A stretch of 34,640 nt of DNA from Roseiflexaceae bacterium (GTDB taxonomy: Bacteria; Chloroflexota; Chloroflexia; Chloroflexales; Roseiflexaceae): positions 1 to 34,640 of the forward strand of contig JAYUYF010000538.1 in assembly GCA_043752605.1 (NCBI GenBank), written 5' to 3'. The notes beneath the pieces were generated by a model. That model made no database searches and was not told where the DNA came from. It was given only the letters and a program-made list of their open reading frames with translations. Shown here piece by piece: positions 1 through 8,540 of this stretch. Made by a program: the position numbers and the translations under genes. Within the stretch, counting starts at the first letter, position 1. Each line of letters opens with the position of its first letter.

Positions 1-753
1 ATAATCTTTCCGATCGCGCAGCGGCTCTCGGGCAGCGTCGGCGCGATCTTGCCAAACAATCAGGTCGCCACCATCCGCAGGAAGCTTCTGATGGCTGGTA
101 ACCCGAGCGGGCTGACCGTCGCGTTGTTTATCGGCATCAAGGGTATGGCCTTGATCGGCACACTCGGCGTCGCGCTGGCGTTTGGTGTCGTCGGTGGGCT
201 GCCCGCAAATCTGCAAAATCTTGGTCTGCTCACGGTACTCTGTTTTTGTGCATTCTTTCTGCCCGATTTTTGGCTTTCGAGCAAGATTACTGCGCGTCAA
301 CGTGCGCTTACCAACTCGCTGCCGGATGCGCTCGATCTGCTGACGATCGCAAACGCCGCCGGGCTCAGCTTTGAAAACGCTATTCAGGAGATCTGCTCGA
401 AGTGGGATGATGAGCTGGCGCACGAGTTCGAGCGCGTGCTGCGCGATGTCGGCATGGGTGTCTCGCGGCGGCAGGCAATCACCGATTTTGGTGACCGCAC
501 CGGCGTGCCCGATATTATTAGCTTTGCATCGGCGATCAAACAGGCCGAGACGCTTGGTATCAGTATCGGTCGCACGCTCCAGGTGCAATCGGAAGAGATG
601 CGCACCCGCCGCCGCCAGCGTGCTCAGGAGACCGCCAATCAGGCACCGATCAAGATGATGTTCCCGCTGGTGTTCCTGATCTTCCCGGCGATCTTTGCCG
701 TACTGCTCGGCCCGGCGGTGCCGCAATTGCTGACCACATTTGACAATCTGTAG
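1..753 (+). CDS. tadC: Tad/Flp pilus assembly inner-membrane platform protein TadC (T2SS-F/GspF family), 5' partial
   Basis: Frame 1 is open from nt 1 (IIFPIAQRLSGSVGAI...), so the TTG at 49 in the ORF track is probably internal. GspF-type domain (LPDALDLLTIANAAGLSFENAI...) flanked by hydrophobic helices, with a C-terminal helix MMFPLVFLIFPAIFAVLLGPAV. Tad pseudopilin genes follow. Confidence 0.75.
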   Translation: MIFPIAQRLSGSVGAILPNNQVATIRRKLLMAGNPSGLTVALFIGIKGMALIGTLGVALAFGVVGGLPANLQNLGLLTVLCFCAFFLPDFWLSSKITARQRALTNSLPDALDLLTIANAAGLSFENAIQEICSKWDDELAHEFERVLRDVGMGVSRRQAITDFGDRTGVPDIISFASAIKQAETLGISIGRTLQVQSEEMRTRRRQRAQETANQAPIKMMFPLVFLIFPAIFAVLLGPAVPQLLTTFDNL

Positions 754-804
754 CAAACTCTCCTGCGTGCAAACGCTATAGAAAACCGAATCCACATCGA
801 TTAT

Positions 805-833
805 AAAACGACGCACAACTCGTGCGTCGTTTT
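805..833 (+). terminator. Rho-independent terminator after tadC
   Basis: Perfect 12-bp stem AAAACGACGCAC / GTGCGTCGTTTT with 5-nt loop AACTC. The 3' arm ends in TTTT followed by GTATG. Confidence 0.7.
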
Positions 834-883
834 GTATGATACGACGTAATAATGAACTATCTGTTACTAACCACCGACGGTCG

Positions 884-912
884 TTGTAACGGTTGTGTAT
901 CTTCATTATGGT
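884..912 (+). promoter_or_regulatory. Putative sigma-70-type promoter for the pseudopilin operon
   Basis: TTGTAA (884-889), 17-nt spacer, TATGGT (907-912), about 45 nt upstream of ATG 956. Hexamer match only. Confidence 0.3.
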
Positions 913-955
913 ACTCTGGTAATGTCAGTATTGGTACCGCTACCCGGAGCAGCTT

Positions 956-2455
956 ATGTTGCGTCTTATCGCTCGCTTACGCCGCCGTCCGGGTCAGAGC
1001 CTGGTCGAATTTGCCCTGATCCTGCCGCTCCTGCTGCTCCTGATTATGGGCATCATCGAGGTTGGCTACCTGACGTTTGTGTACGTCCAGCTGCAAAATG
1101 CGGCTCGCGAGGGAGCGCGCTATGCAGCGGTGCGGCCGTGCCCAGATGCTCAAGATCAGCAAGAGATTACTAATGAGACGAAAAGCCGCATATTCGCACT
1201 TATTGATATTCCAACCATTACACCACTTATCCAGCATAGTACGCAGAATATTGGCGGTAATGTCTACTTACTGGCACGTTATGGTGATCCAGTAACGGTG
1301 ACGGTCAATTACTCACTCGAACCGCTTGATCCGATCACCCAGCGCTTTATCCCGCAGTTCAATTTGCATGCACAGTCGTCGCGCAGTATTACAACCGATT
1401 GCGGCACAGGTGGCCTGCCGGTCGCCTCGCTGACGCCGTCGCCTACGCCGACGAGAACCCATACACCGACCAGCACCAATACGCCGAGCCATACTGCCAC
1501 GCCCACAGACACAGCCGTGCCAAGTAATACACCGACGGAAACACTGACGCCGGTGCCGCCGACCGAGACGCCGACGCCGGTGCCGCCGACCGAGACACTG
1601 ACGCCGGTGCCGCCGACGGAGACGCCGACGCCGACACAGACACTGACGCCGACGGTGACCGAGACGCCGACCGAGACACCGACGGTGACACAGACACCGA
1701 CGGAGACACTGACGCCGACGGTGACGCAGACGCCAACGCGGACGCCGACGCCGACGGTGACACAGACGCCGACGGTGACACAGACGCCAACGATGACTCG
1801 GACGCCAACGATGACAAACACCCGGACGAATACACCGTTGCCAACAAATACGCCGCGGCCAACAAACACGCGGCGGCCAACAAACACGCCGCGGCCAACA
1901 AACACGAATACTCAGACGCCATTGCCGACGAACACATCGCCGCCGACGAACACATCGCCGCCGACGAACACGTTTACGCCCGCGCCGCCGACGAATACGC
2001 ATACGCGCACGCCGACGCACACAAACACGCCACTGCCGACGCGTACGTTTACCCCATCGCAGACAGCGACGAATGCGCCCACAGCGACGCCAATCGCCAC
2101 GGCGACGCCAACCGCCACGGCGACGCCAACCGCCACGCCGCGGCCACTGCGCTTCAGCGGTTCGGCGAGCAAGTTGACGGTGTCGGGTTCACCCGGTACA
2201 ACCGGGCTGCGTATTCAGATCCAGACACGCTATCAGGATAATAGCGCCGGGCCGTCTGGGATGACATTTACCTTCCGTATTCAGCTCGACAACGGCACCG
2301 AGATCACGCGAACGGGCACAACCGATGCGTCTGGTCAGATCTCGCTGTGTGTGACGGGTCTGCCACTTGGAAATTCCGCGACGGTGCGTGGTTCGGCACC
2401 AGGTATCTCAGAGCAACCAATTACCGTGGCAAATGCGCTTGCCACGTGCAATTAG
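956..2455 (+). CDS. TadE-type pseudopilin with long Pro/Thr-rich spacer and C-terminal beta-rich domain
   Basis: N-terminus [30 protein letters not shown] has the Flp-type prepilin peptidase motif G/xxxxEF plus a hydrophobic helix. GGAG lies 6 nt upstream of the ATG. Residues ~159-397 are almost pure P/T. The last ~100 aa are non-repetitive ([28 protein letters not shown]). Confidence 0.7.
   Translation: MLRLIARLRRRPGQSLVEFALILPLLLLLIMGIIEVGYLTFVYVQLQNAAREGARYAAVRPCPDAQDQQEITNETKSRIFALIDIPTITPLIQHSTQNIGGNVYLLARYGDPVTVTVNYSLEPLDPITQRFIPQFNLHAQSSRSITTDCGTGGLPVASLTPSPTPTRTHTPTSTNTPSHTATPTDTAVPSNTPTETLTPVPPTETPTPVPPTETLTPVPPTETPTPTQTLTPTVTETPTETPTVTQTPTETLTPTVTQTPTRTPTPTVTQTPTVTQTPTMTRTPTMTNTRTNTPLPTNTPRPTNTRRPTNTPRPTNTNTQTPLPTNTSPPTNTSPPTNTFTPAPPTNTHTRTPTHTNTPLPTRTFTPSQTATNAPTATPIATATPTATATPTATPRPLRFSGSASKLTVSGSPGTTGLRIQIQTRYQDNSAGPSGMTFTFRIQLDNGTEITRTGTTDASGQISLCVTGLPLGNSATVRGSAPGISEQPITVANALATCN
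1430..2146 (+). repeat. In-frame Pro/Thr-coding tandem-repeat tract made of several distinct micro-arrays
   Basis: 27-nt unit (c/t)tgacgccggtgccgccgac(c/g)gagac x3 starting at 1544, 1571 and 1598 (TPVPPTET). 18-nt units: ccgacggtgacacagacg x2 at 1751-1786 (PTVTQT), cNgcggccaacaaacacg x3 at ~1853-1906 (RPTNT), ccgacgaacacatcgccg x2 at ~1924-1959 (PTNTSP), and an ATATPT unit x2 at ~2095-2140. Confidence 0.9.
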
Positions 2456-2461
2456 GATACG

Positions 2462-2938
2462 ATGATGCGATATCGACGATACACCACGCCAGTTCGTGAT
2501 CGTACAAAGACGACGTGTACGCTGAAGCAGAGCGCAGGACAGGCACTTGTCGAGTTTGCCTTGCTCGCAACGCTGCTGATCACATTGCTACTGGCAGCAT
2601 TTGATTTTGGTCTGGCATTCTATGCCAATCTGGTTGTCAAAAGTGCGGTCTCGGAGGCAGCATACTATTATGCGCAAAATCCGTATGACTGGCCAGGGAC
2701 TGAACAGCGCGCACGGCTCGAATTGCGCGCGCTGAGTAACGCCGCCGGCGCGCAAATCTCATCGACGGTGCTGTCGAGCCCGGCGTGCGATCCGACGCTC
2801 AAGACGATGACACGCAACGTGGTCATTACCTACACACACGAATTTCTTTTTGCACCGGTTGTGCCAGTACCGCAGGTGCAACTCAGCGCTCGTGAAACAT
2901 TTTTACAATCTGGTACATGTCGGGAGATACGCCCGTGA
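2462..2938 (+). CDS. TadE-like pseudopilin
   Basis: SAGQALVEFALLATLLITLLLAAFDFGLAFY is a second G/xxxxEF motif plus hydrophobic helix. Starts 6 nt after the previous stop. Confidence 0.7.
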   Translation: MMRYRRYTTPVRDRTKTTCTLKQSAGQALVEFALLATLLITLLLAAFDFGLAFYANLVVKSAVSEAAYYYAQNPYDWPGTEQRARLELRALSNAAGAQISSTVLSSPACDPTLKTMTRNVVITYTHEFLFAPVVPVPQVQLSARETFLQSGTCREIRP

Positions 2939-4137
2939 AACAGCAAATTGTTGGTAAACTACGCATCAATGACGCAAAATCCGGTCAGGCATTACCATTG
3001 ATCGCACTGATGCTGGTGTTGCTGATCGCATTTGTGGCGCTCGCAACCGATGCGGTGATCGCGCTTTCATTCCGTAGGCTAGCGATTAATGCAGCAGATA
3101 ATGCAGCGCTTATCGCGACTCGCCAGATGATTGAGGCTCGCCGTCTTGGTGGAAGTGGAACAACAATCAACGACACTATCGATACGCTGCTCGCCAACAG
3201 TTTTAGCGGGAGCGGTGCGACAACAATCAGTGCGCAGGCACGCTATGTTGATCTGCTGGGCAACCCGCTCGGTCATGTCACAAATGGTGTGGCGATTCCA
3301 AGCGATGCGCGTGGCATAACTGTCGATACCACATTTCAAATCGAAACGTACTTTTTGCGGCTGTTTGATCAGGATCAATTGACAATTCTTGTGAGTTCGA
3401 CCGCACGTGCTGGCCAGGTTGGTACCGCAACCGGTATCGGTGTACTTCCGCTCGGCATATCGACCGATATTGCGGCGATTATCGAAGATAATCCGAATCA
3501 GGACGTCATCCTGGATCTTCGTGGCCAGCAGTACGACGCGTGGAGCGCTGAACAACCATTTTGCGATCCTACCTACACGGTGACTTTTAACCCTGCACTT
3601 TGTACAGGAATTGACAAGCCCGATGGCGAGAACAACTCGCTGTATATTGTCGGGTTCAAACGACCGACAGCGCCGACGTTCCAGAGAGTTTCCTCCTGCG
3701 CATCGGCAAGTAATGTCAATCGTGTTGAGTACTGGATGTGCCGCGGTAGCCAATATCGGATCGAGGCCAACCGGCTTGGCTATCGTCGTAGTTATTTAAA
3801 TGACAATGCGATGCATGCCCAACGCATGTATCAGACGCTGCGTAGCGGCCGCGCCGTCAATGAGGTGATTTTGTTGCCAGTGATGGGTTTTGAAGTTGCA
3901 CTCGACTCGCCAACAAACAACCCTTTCGATGGCAGCGCACTGATTGTTGTTGATCGGTTTGTGGCTGTCAAAGTGATAAGTTACAACTCCACATATGAAA
4001 ATGTCGTTGTGCGCTACGCAGGTGAGTATGTGACCGCCGGTGGTATTGCCGCCACCGCCAATGATTGCGCGACACCGGCTGATGGACAGGGGCGCTGTAA
4101 TGCTTACGCGATCAATCTTGTCAAAGGTAATGACTAA
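2917..4137 (+). CDS. TadG-like pilus assembly protein
   Basis: N-terminus KSGQALPLIALMLVLLIAFVALATDAVIALSFRRLAINAADNAALIATRQM matches the TadG-type N-terminal pattern (helix, D, then AADxAALA). Overlaps the previous gene by 22 nt. An alternative GTG at 2935 would give a GTGA overlap. Confidence 0.6.
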   Translation: MSGDTPVKQQIVGKLRINDAKSGQALPLIALMLVLLIAFVALATDAVIALSFRRLAINAADNAALIATRQMIEARRLGGSGTTINDTIDTLLANSFSGSGATTISAQARYVDLLGNPLGHVTNGVAIPSDARGITVDTTFQIETYFLRLFDQDQLTILVSSTARAGQVGTATGIGVLPLGISTDIAAIIEDNPNQDVILDLRGQQYDAWSAEQPFCDPTYTVTFNPALCTGIDKPDGENNSLYIVGFKRPTAPTFQRVSSCASASNVNRVEYWMCRGSQYRIEANRLGYRRSYLNDNAMHAQRMYQTLRSGRAVNEVILLPVMGFEVALDSPTNNPFDGSALIVVDRFVAVKVISYNSTYENVVVRYAGEYVTAGGIAATANDCATPADGQGRCNAYAINLVKGND

Positions 4138-4158
4138 GCGTAACGAAGCGCCGCAGCA

Positions 4159-4183
4159 AGCCCCCACGCACTGCGTGGGGGCT
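4159..4183. terminator. Bidirectional hairpin between convergent TadG-like gene and prfB
   Basis: AGCCCCCACGC / GCGTGGGGGCT, perfect 11-bp stem with 3-nt loop, 22 nt after the + stop and 6 nt after the prfB stop. Confidence 0.65.
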
Positions 4184-4188
4184 GTGAG

Positions 4189-5302
4189 TTAGGCTTCGAC
4201 TTCGCGGCTGACGTTCCAGCGCAGGTAGGCCTCCACGAAGGGGTCGATATCACCATCGAGTACACCGTGGACGTTGCTGGTCTCGGCTTCGGTGCGATGA
4301 TCCTTCACCAGTGTGTAGGGGTGCAGGTAGTATGTCCGCATCTGGCTGCCAAAATCTGCGGCGCGGTGCTCACCACGCAACTTTGCGCGCTCCTCACGTC
4401 TGCGCTGGATCTCGCGCTCGAGCAGCCGCCCGCGCAGCACCCGCAGCGCGGTCTCCTTGTTTTGCAGTTGCGAGCGCTCGTTTTGACAGGTGACGACGAT
4501 CTGCTCGGGTGTGCCGGCCCGATATGTCAGCCGCACGGCCGAGTCGGTCGTGTTGACGCCCTGGCCGCCGTGGCCACCGGCGCGAAACACGTCGACGCGC
4601 AGATCTTCGAGCCGAACGATGACATCGGCGGTATCATCGACTTCTGGCAGCACCTCGACAAGCGCGAATGATGTCTGCCGCGTGTTGCCCGAGTTGAACG
4701 GCGATAGCCGGATCAGCCGATGCACGCCGGCTTCGGCCTTGACGTTGCCATACGCATAATCGCCGCGAATTTCGAGTGTGGCGCTCTTGATGCCCGCCTC
4801 TTCACCTGCGCTCTCTTCGATCAGCTGCACCTGATAGCCGCGTCGCTCGGCCCAGCGGTTGTACATACGCAGCATCATCTGCGCCCAGTCCTGCGCATCG
4901 CTGCCGCCCATGCCCGCTTTGATCGAAAGGAACGCGTTATTGCCATCGTATGGCGCGCTCAATAATAATTCGATCTCGAGCGCATCGACTTCGGCGCGCA
5001 CAGTCTGATATTCGCGCATCAGCTCATCACGCAGCGAGTCATCATCTTCGCTGGCGGCCATCTCGCTAAGTTCGGCAATTGCGGCCAGTTGCGCATCGGC
5101 ACCCTGCCAGCGATCGATCTCGCGGCGTAGCCGATTGAGCTTTTGCATCACGCCCTGCGCCTCCTGCGGGCGGCTCCAGAGATCGGGGTCTGCGGATTGC
5201 GCCTCGAGCGCATCGGCCTGTTGCTGTTTGCCTGCTAAGTCAAAGACCCCTGCGGATGGCGTCGAAACGCGCCCGCAGGGACTCCAGATCGGTATGTTCC
5301 AT
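4189..5302 (-). CDS. prfB: Peptide chain release factor 2, made by programmed +1 frameshift (join 5302..5243, 5241..4189)
   Basis: ATG at 5302 encodes MEHTDLESLRARFDAIRRGL followed by TGA. The +1 frame continues DLAGKQQQADALEAQSADPDLW... with the GGQ motif (GGHGGQGVNTTDSAVRLT) and SPF region (RLSPFNSGNTRQTSFA). GAGGA lies 4 nt upstream of the ATG. Confidence 0.95.
5239..5251 (-). promoter_or_regulatory. RF2 autoregulatory +1 frameshift site
   Basis: Minus strand reads AGG GGT CTT TGA C: an SD-like AGGGG just upstream of the slippery CTT and an in-frame TGA followed by C, the canonical RF2 recoding signal. Confidence 0.9.
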
Positions 5303-5366
5303 AGCATCCTCGTTGTTGTAAGACCGCCTGTCATGGTACCACAGCGTGTTGTGCCCGGCAATTGGC

Positions 5367-5395
5367 TTGACGCTGGCGAACGTGTGTGCTATGGT
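5367..5395 (+). promoter_or_regulatory. Putative promoter of the NurA-like gene
   Basis: TTGACG (5367-5372), 17 nt, TATGGT (5390-5395) preceded by TGc (extended -10). GGAGG at 5414-5418 precedes ATG 5423. Confidence 0.5.
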
Positions 5396-5422
5396 TGCCG
5401 ATGACCGAACAGGGGAGGAACC

Positions 5423-6631
5423 ATGAGTCTCGATCTCGAAGCGATTGGTCGCCAGCTGCGCGCAATGACGGGCGTGCTGCTGCACGACCACGATAATCGG
5501 CGCGAGCGCGTGCTGCTGGCGCTCGGGCGCTATCTCGAAGACCAGGCGAGCCACACGCAATGGGCCGAGATGGTTGATCTGAGCCAGGAGAGCGCGCAGT
5601 GGCTGCTCGCGCGGCCAGTCGAGCCGCTCGATACGGTCGTCGATTTGCCGCCGCGCCCGGAAGCATACGCGATCGTCGCGACCGATGGCAGCCAGATCGA
5701 TGTCGAACGCCACGGTCCGCTGCCGTGCTATGTGATCAATATCGGCTGTGTCTACCTGCGCTACGGTGCCGAATCGCAGGCGCGGCTCTTCTCGCGCCCG
5801 CAGCTTTTTTATCGCGATGAAGATCGCTTTTTGACCAATGGTATCAAGCGCGTCCCGATCGAGGGCAATTATCTGAGCGCGCGCCGCGATGTCGAGGAGG
5901 GCGCGGTGCTGGCCGAACTGGCGGCCGAGTTGCTGGCGGGTGATCTGCCGCAGATCGCGGTACAGGATGGTACCCTCGTGCGCTGGGCGCTTGCAAACGC
6001 CGAGCAGTTTGTACAAGACCATTTTCTCAGCCGCTACATCGCGTATCTTGACCGCATGGAGGCGCTGGGTGTGCCAGTGGCGTCGTATATCAGTCGCCCG
6101 CGCGCGCCCGAGGCGGCCGGTCTCATCCGGCTGATGTTCTGCCCCGATGTCGATATGGCGGCGGGCAAAGGCGCGGTCTGTAGCACGTGCAGCGATGTCG
6201 CGGCCGGGCGGCCAGTCTCGTGTATGGTCTGCCACGACCTGAGCGATGCCGAAATTCTTGGCGATCTGCTCGCCGAAGGGCAACGCGGCCCGCTGTTTGT
6301 CTCGATGTCACGCATCAATGTCGAGGCGTACGGGCGGCATTTGATCCACTTCTTCTATCTGCGCGTCGGGCGCGAGCTTGCACGCATCGAGATCCCGCGC
6401 TGGGTGGCCGAGGATCGCGCGCAGGTTGATCGGGTACACGCGCTGCTGTACGACCAGTATGAGCGCGGCCAGGGCTACCCGGTGGCGCTCCAGCGCGCCC
6501 ATGAGAAGGCAGTGGTCAAAGCGACCGACCGGCGTACATTCTTGAATATGGTCGAAAATAGCCTGACGCGCGCCGATCTGCCGGTCAATTCATCGCGTAA
6601 GCGTGAGAGCAAGACGCGCCAGGCGTTGTAG
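5423..6631 (+). CDS. NurA-domain-like nuclease with CxxC-x10-CxxC insertion
   Basis: IVATDGSQIDVERHGPLPCYVINIG and IAVQDGTLVRWAL resemble the two acidic DGS/DGxL motifs of NurA 5'-3' nucleases. CSTCSDVAAGRPVSCMVC lies at nt 6179-6232. Strong RBS. Confidence 0.5.
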   Translation: MSLDLEAIGRQLRAMTGVLLHDHDNRRERVLLALGRYLEDQASHTQWAEMVDLSQESAQWLLARPVEPLDTVVDLPPRPEAYAIVATDGSQIDVERHGPLPCYVINIGCVYLRYGAESQARLFSRPQLFYRDEDRFLTNGIKRVPIEGNYLSARRDVEEGAVLAELAAELLAGDLPQIAVQDGTLVRWALANAEQFVQDHFLSRYIAYLDRMEALGVPVASYISRPRAPEAAGLIRLMFCPDVDMAAGKGAVCSTCSDVAAGRPVSCMVCHDLSDAEILGDLLAEGQRGPLFVSMSRINVEAYGRHLIHFFYLRVGRELARIEIPRWVAEDRAQVDRVHALLYDQYERGQGYPVALQRAHEKAVVKATDRRTFLNMVENSLTRADLPVNSSRKRESKTRQAL

Positions 6632-6688
6632 TAGGGCCGAAGCATCCCCGCGCGATGACGATCAGGCATTGGCATGCTTCGGCCCTAC
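6631..6688. repeat. 15-bp inverted repeat (GTAGGGCCGAAGCAT ... ATGCTTCGGCCCTAC) with 28-nt loop between convergent genes
   Basis: Arms at 6631-6645 and 6674-6688 overlap both stop codons (TAG 6629-6631, and TAG on the minus strand at 6685-6687). The arm sequence resembles the palindromes at 18557-18626 (GCATGC core, CCCTAC end). Confidence 0.7.
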
Positions 6689-7512
6689 GGGTCGCGCCGT
6701 AGCCGCTGTGCCAGCCGCGCATAAAAGATATCGAGCGGGAAGACGCGCGCGAAGATACAGGTCTCAGCGGCGCGGCTGATGATAATCTCGTCGCCATCTT
6801 CGAGCTGCACAGTGTTGCGGCCATCGGCAGAGAAGGCCGCCACGTGGCGGCTGCGCAGTGTCAGATGGACGACGGCGTCTTCGTGCAGCACGAGCGATGG
6901 CAGCGGCGTCAGGTGCGCGGCCACCGGCACCAGCACCAGCGCTTTGGATCGTGGATCGACGATCGGGCCGCCAGCTGCCAGTGCGTAGGCCGTGCTGCCG
7001 GTGGCCGTCGCCACCAGCACCCCGTCGGCGTGGTAGGTCGTCACCCGCGATTGGTACACCTCGACATCCACCGCCACCACACGGTTGATATCGCCGCGTG
7101 CCAGCAGCACCTCGTTGAGCGCAAGCGCGGGCTCGGTGGTGGTACCGTCTGTGCGGCGCACGTAGGCGGTCAACAGCGTGCGCTCATCACGCCAGCCGCC
7201 ACCAGCGAGCAGCGTCGTCAGCCCATCGTCGATCTGGTCGGGCAGCAGCTCGGCCATGAAATTCAGATGGCCGAGCGCCACCGGCAGCACCGGCACCTGA
7301 TGCGCCACCGACATGCGCGCCGCACGCAGTACGGTGCCATCGCCACCGAGTGCGATAATCAGATCGAGATCCGCGATTACGGTATCGTTGGCATCGCTGG
7401 GTACCCCGCGCCAGACGCGCAGGCCGCGCGCGGTGATCCGTTCGGCCAGTGAGACTGAGAGGTCGACCGAGGCGGCTGAGAGCGGATTGTAGACGACACC
7501 AATGGTTTCCAT
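6685..7512 (-). CDS. nadK: NAD kinase
   Basis: GGDGT motif (IIALGGDGTVLRAAR), NFMAEL, TGSTAYALAAGGPIV. About 275 aa, the typical size. Confidence 0.9.
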   Translation of the reverse strand: METIGVVYNPLSAASVDLSVSLAERITARGLRVWRGVPSDANDTVIADLDLIIALGGDGTVLRAARMSVAHQVPVLPVALGHLNFMAELLPDQIDDGLTTLLAGGGWRDERTLLTAYVRRTDGTTTEPALALNEVLLARGDINRVVAVDVEVYQSRVTTYHADGVLVATATGSTAYALAAGGPIVDPRSKALVLVPVAAHLTPLPSLVLHEDAVVHLTLRSRHVAAFSADGRNTVQLEDGDEIIISRAAETCIFARVFPLDIFYARLAQRLRRDP

Positions 7513-7521
7513 ACTGCTTCC

Positions 7522-8451
7522 TTACGCTGCCGGCCACGGGGCGATGATATCGGCCAACTCCATGATACTCGTAACTGTGGCAAACGCCGCAGCCCGCGCG
7601 CCGACCACTAGCAACGGGACGGGGTTGCGCGTGTGGCCGCTGGCGGCGATGCTTTCGCAATTGCCGTGGTCGCTCGTGATCAGCAGCGTATCCTGCGGGC
7701 GCAGCTGCGCGAGCAGCTCGCCAAGCATCCGGTCGATTGTCGTAAAGGTGGCCGCCACCTGCTGCGGATCGCGTACGCGCGGCGTGCCGGGCGCACGCGC
7801 CAGCGATGTACGCCCGTGTGCGCTCAGGTCGGGCAGCGGGCATTCGAAGAAGACCAGATCGTAACTGGCGGTCAGCCCGGCGAGCACCGCACCGGCGCTG
7901 GCGGGTGACAGGAGTGGCAGTTCACCTGGCCGCCCCCCGGCAGCCGCACCAGTAATATCGTAGGGCACCGCCGCACCGTGTCGCAGATCCTCCAGATCGC
8001 GTAGCCGCACACCCGCACCTTCGGCCGCGATCACCGAGGCGCTGCGGCGGATGCGGCGAGTGGCCACAGCCGCTGCGTAGCCCGGCCCAAAGACATTGGC
8101 AAACGCCGTACTTCCGCCCGTGAGCAGTGTACGGCGGAAGATGCTCTCGGCCGCGAGGCGTGGCTGGAGCGCAACCGGCGGCACGTGCGGCTGGTGGCGG
8201 CCGTGGAGTGCTGCCGCGTTGAAGCCGGCCAGCATGGCTGTTTGGCCGGTACCGCTCTGTGGCAGCCCAGATACGCCTAGTGTCGCATCGATCGCGGCGA
8301 GCAGCAGCCGATCGTGCTGCTGCAGGTGTTCGAGCGTCAGCGGCCCACCGAGCAACGCGTGCAGTACGGGAGTAGCGGCGTGGGCGAGTGGGTTGTCGTC
8401 GCTTGCGCGTGCGAGCCCAACACCATCGAGAAAGACAAACAGCAGCCCCAT
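7522..8451 (-). CDS. Alkaline-phosphatase-superfamily metalloenzyme (cofactor-independent phosphoglycerate mutase/phosphopentomutase-like)
   Basis: N-terminal LLFVFLDGVGLA, central LPQSGTGQTAMLAG, C-terminal LLITSDHGNCE...GHTRNPVPLLVVG. ATG 8451 is preceded by GAGGA at 4 nt and is preferred over the TTG at 8472. Confidence 0.55.
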   Translation of the reverse strand: MGLLFVFLDGVGLARASDDNPLAHAATPVLHALLGGPLTLEHLQQHDRLLLAAIDATLGVSGLPQSGTGQTAMLAGFNAAALHGRHQPHVPPVALQPRLAAESIFRRTLLTGGSTAFANVFGPGYAAAVATRRIRRSASVIAAEGAGVRLRDLEDLRHGAAVPYDITGAAAGGRPGELPLLSPASAGAVLAGLTASYDLVFFECPLPDLSAHGRTSLARAPGTPRVRDPQQVAATFTTIDRMLGELLAQLRPQDTLLITSDHGNCESIAASGHTRNPVPLLVVGARAAAFATVTSIMELADIIAPWPAA

Positions 8452-8511
8452 GCAGTCCTCAGATAGGCTCAATCAGATCCATCATAAAAGGCGAGCGGTC
8501 TGAATGCAAAT

Positions 8512-8540
8512 TTGACACGAATCGCCTTTTTATGTATACT
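8512..8540 (+). promoter_or_regulatory. Near-consensus sigma-70 promoter upstream of rpsA
   Basis: TTGACA (8512-8517), exactly 17 nt, TATACT (8535-8540). The predicted start near 8547 leaves a ~245-nt leader before ATG 8793. Confidence 0.65.

Noticed and set aside
1309-2172. Four long antisense ORFs (198, 235, 170 and 86 aa), rich in G/V, R/C or S/A
   Set aside because: They are mirror images of the Pro/Thr-coding repeats (ACN/CCN codons read backwards), have extreme low-complexity composition, and lie entirely inside the TadE-like gene.
5303-6283. 347-aa minus-strand ORF (track 5240-6283) antisense to the NurA-like gene
   Set aside because: Only its last 20 codons (5302-5243) are real, as the pre-frameshift part of prfB. 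The rest is Arg/Ala-rich GC-driven read-through with no start context.
7187-7843. 218-aa minus-strand ORF and several 60-200-aa ORFs overlapping nadK and the metalloenzyme gene
   Set aside because: They are off-frame overlaps of two genes with clear motifs, and their Arg/Ala-rich composition is typical of a high-GC artefact.
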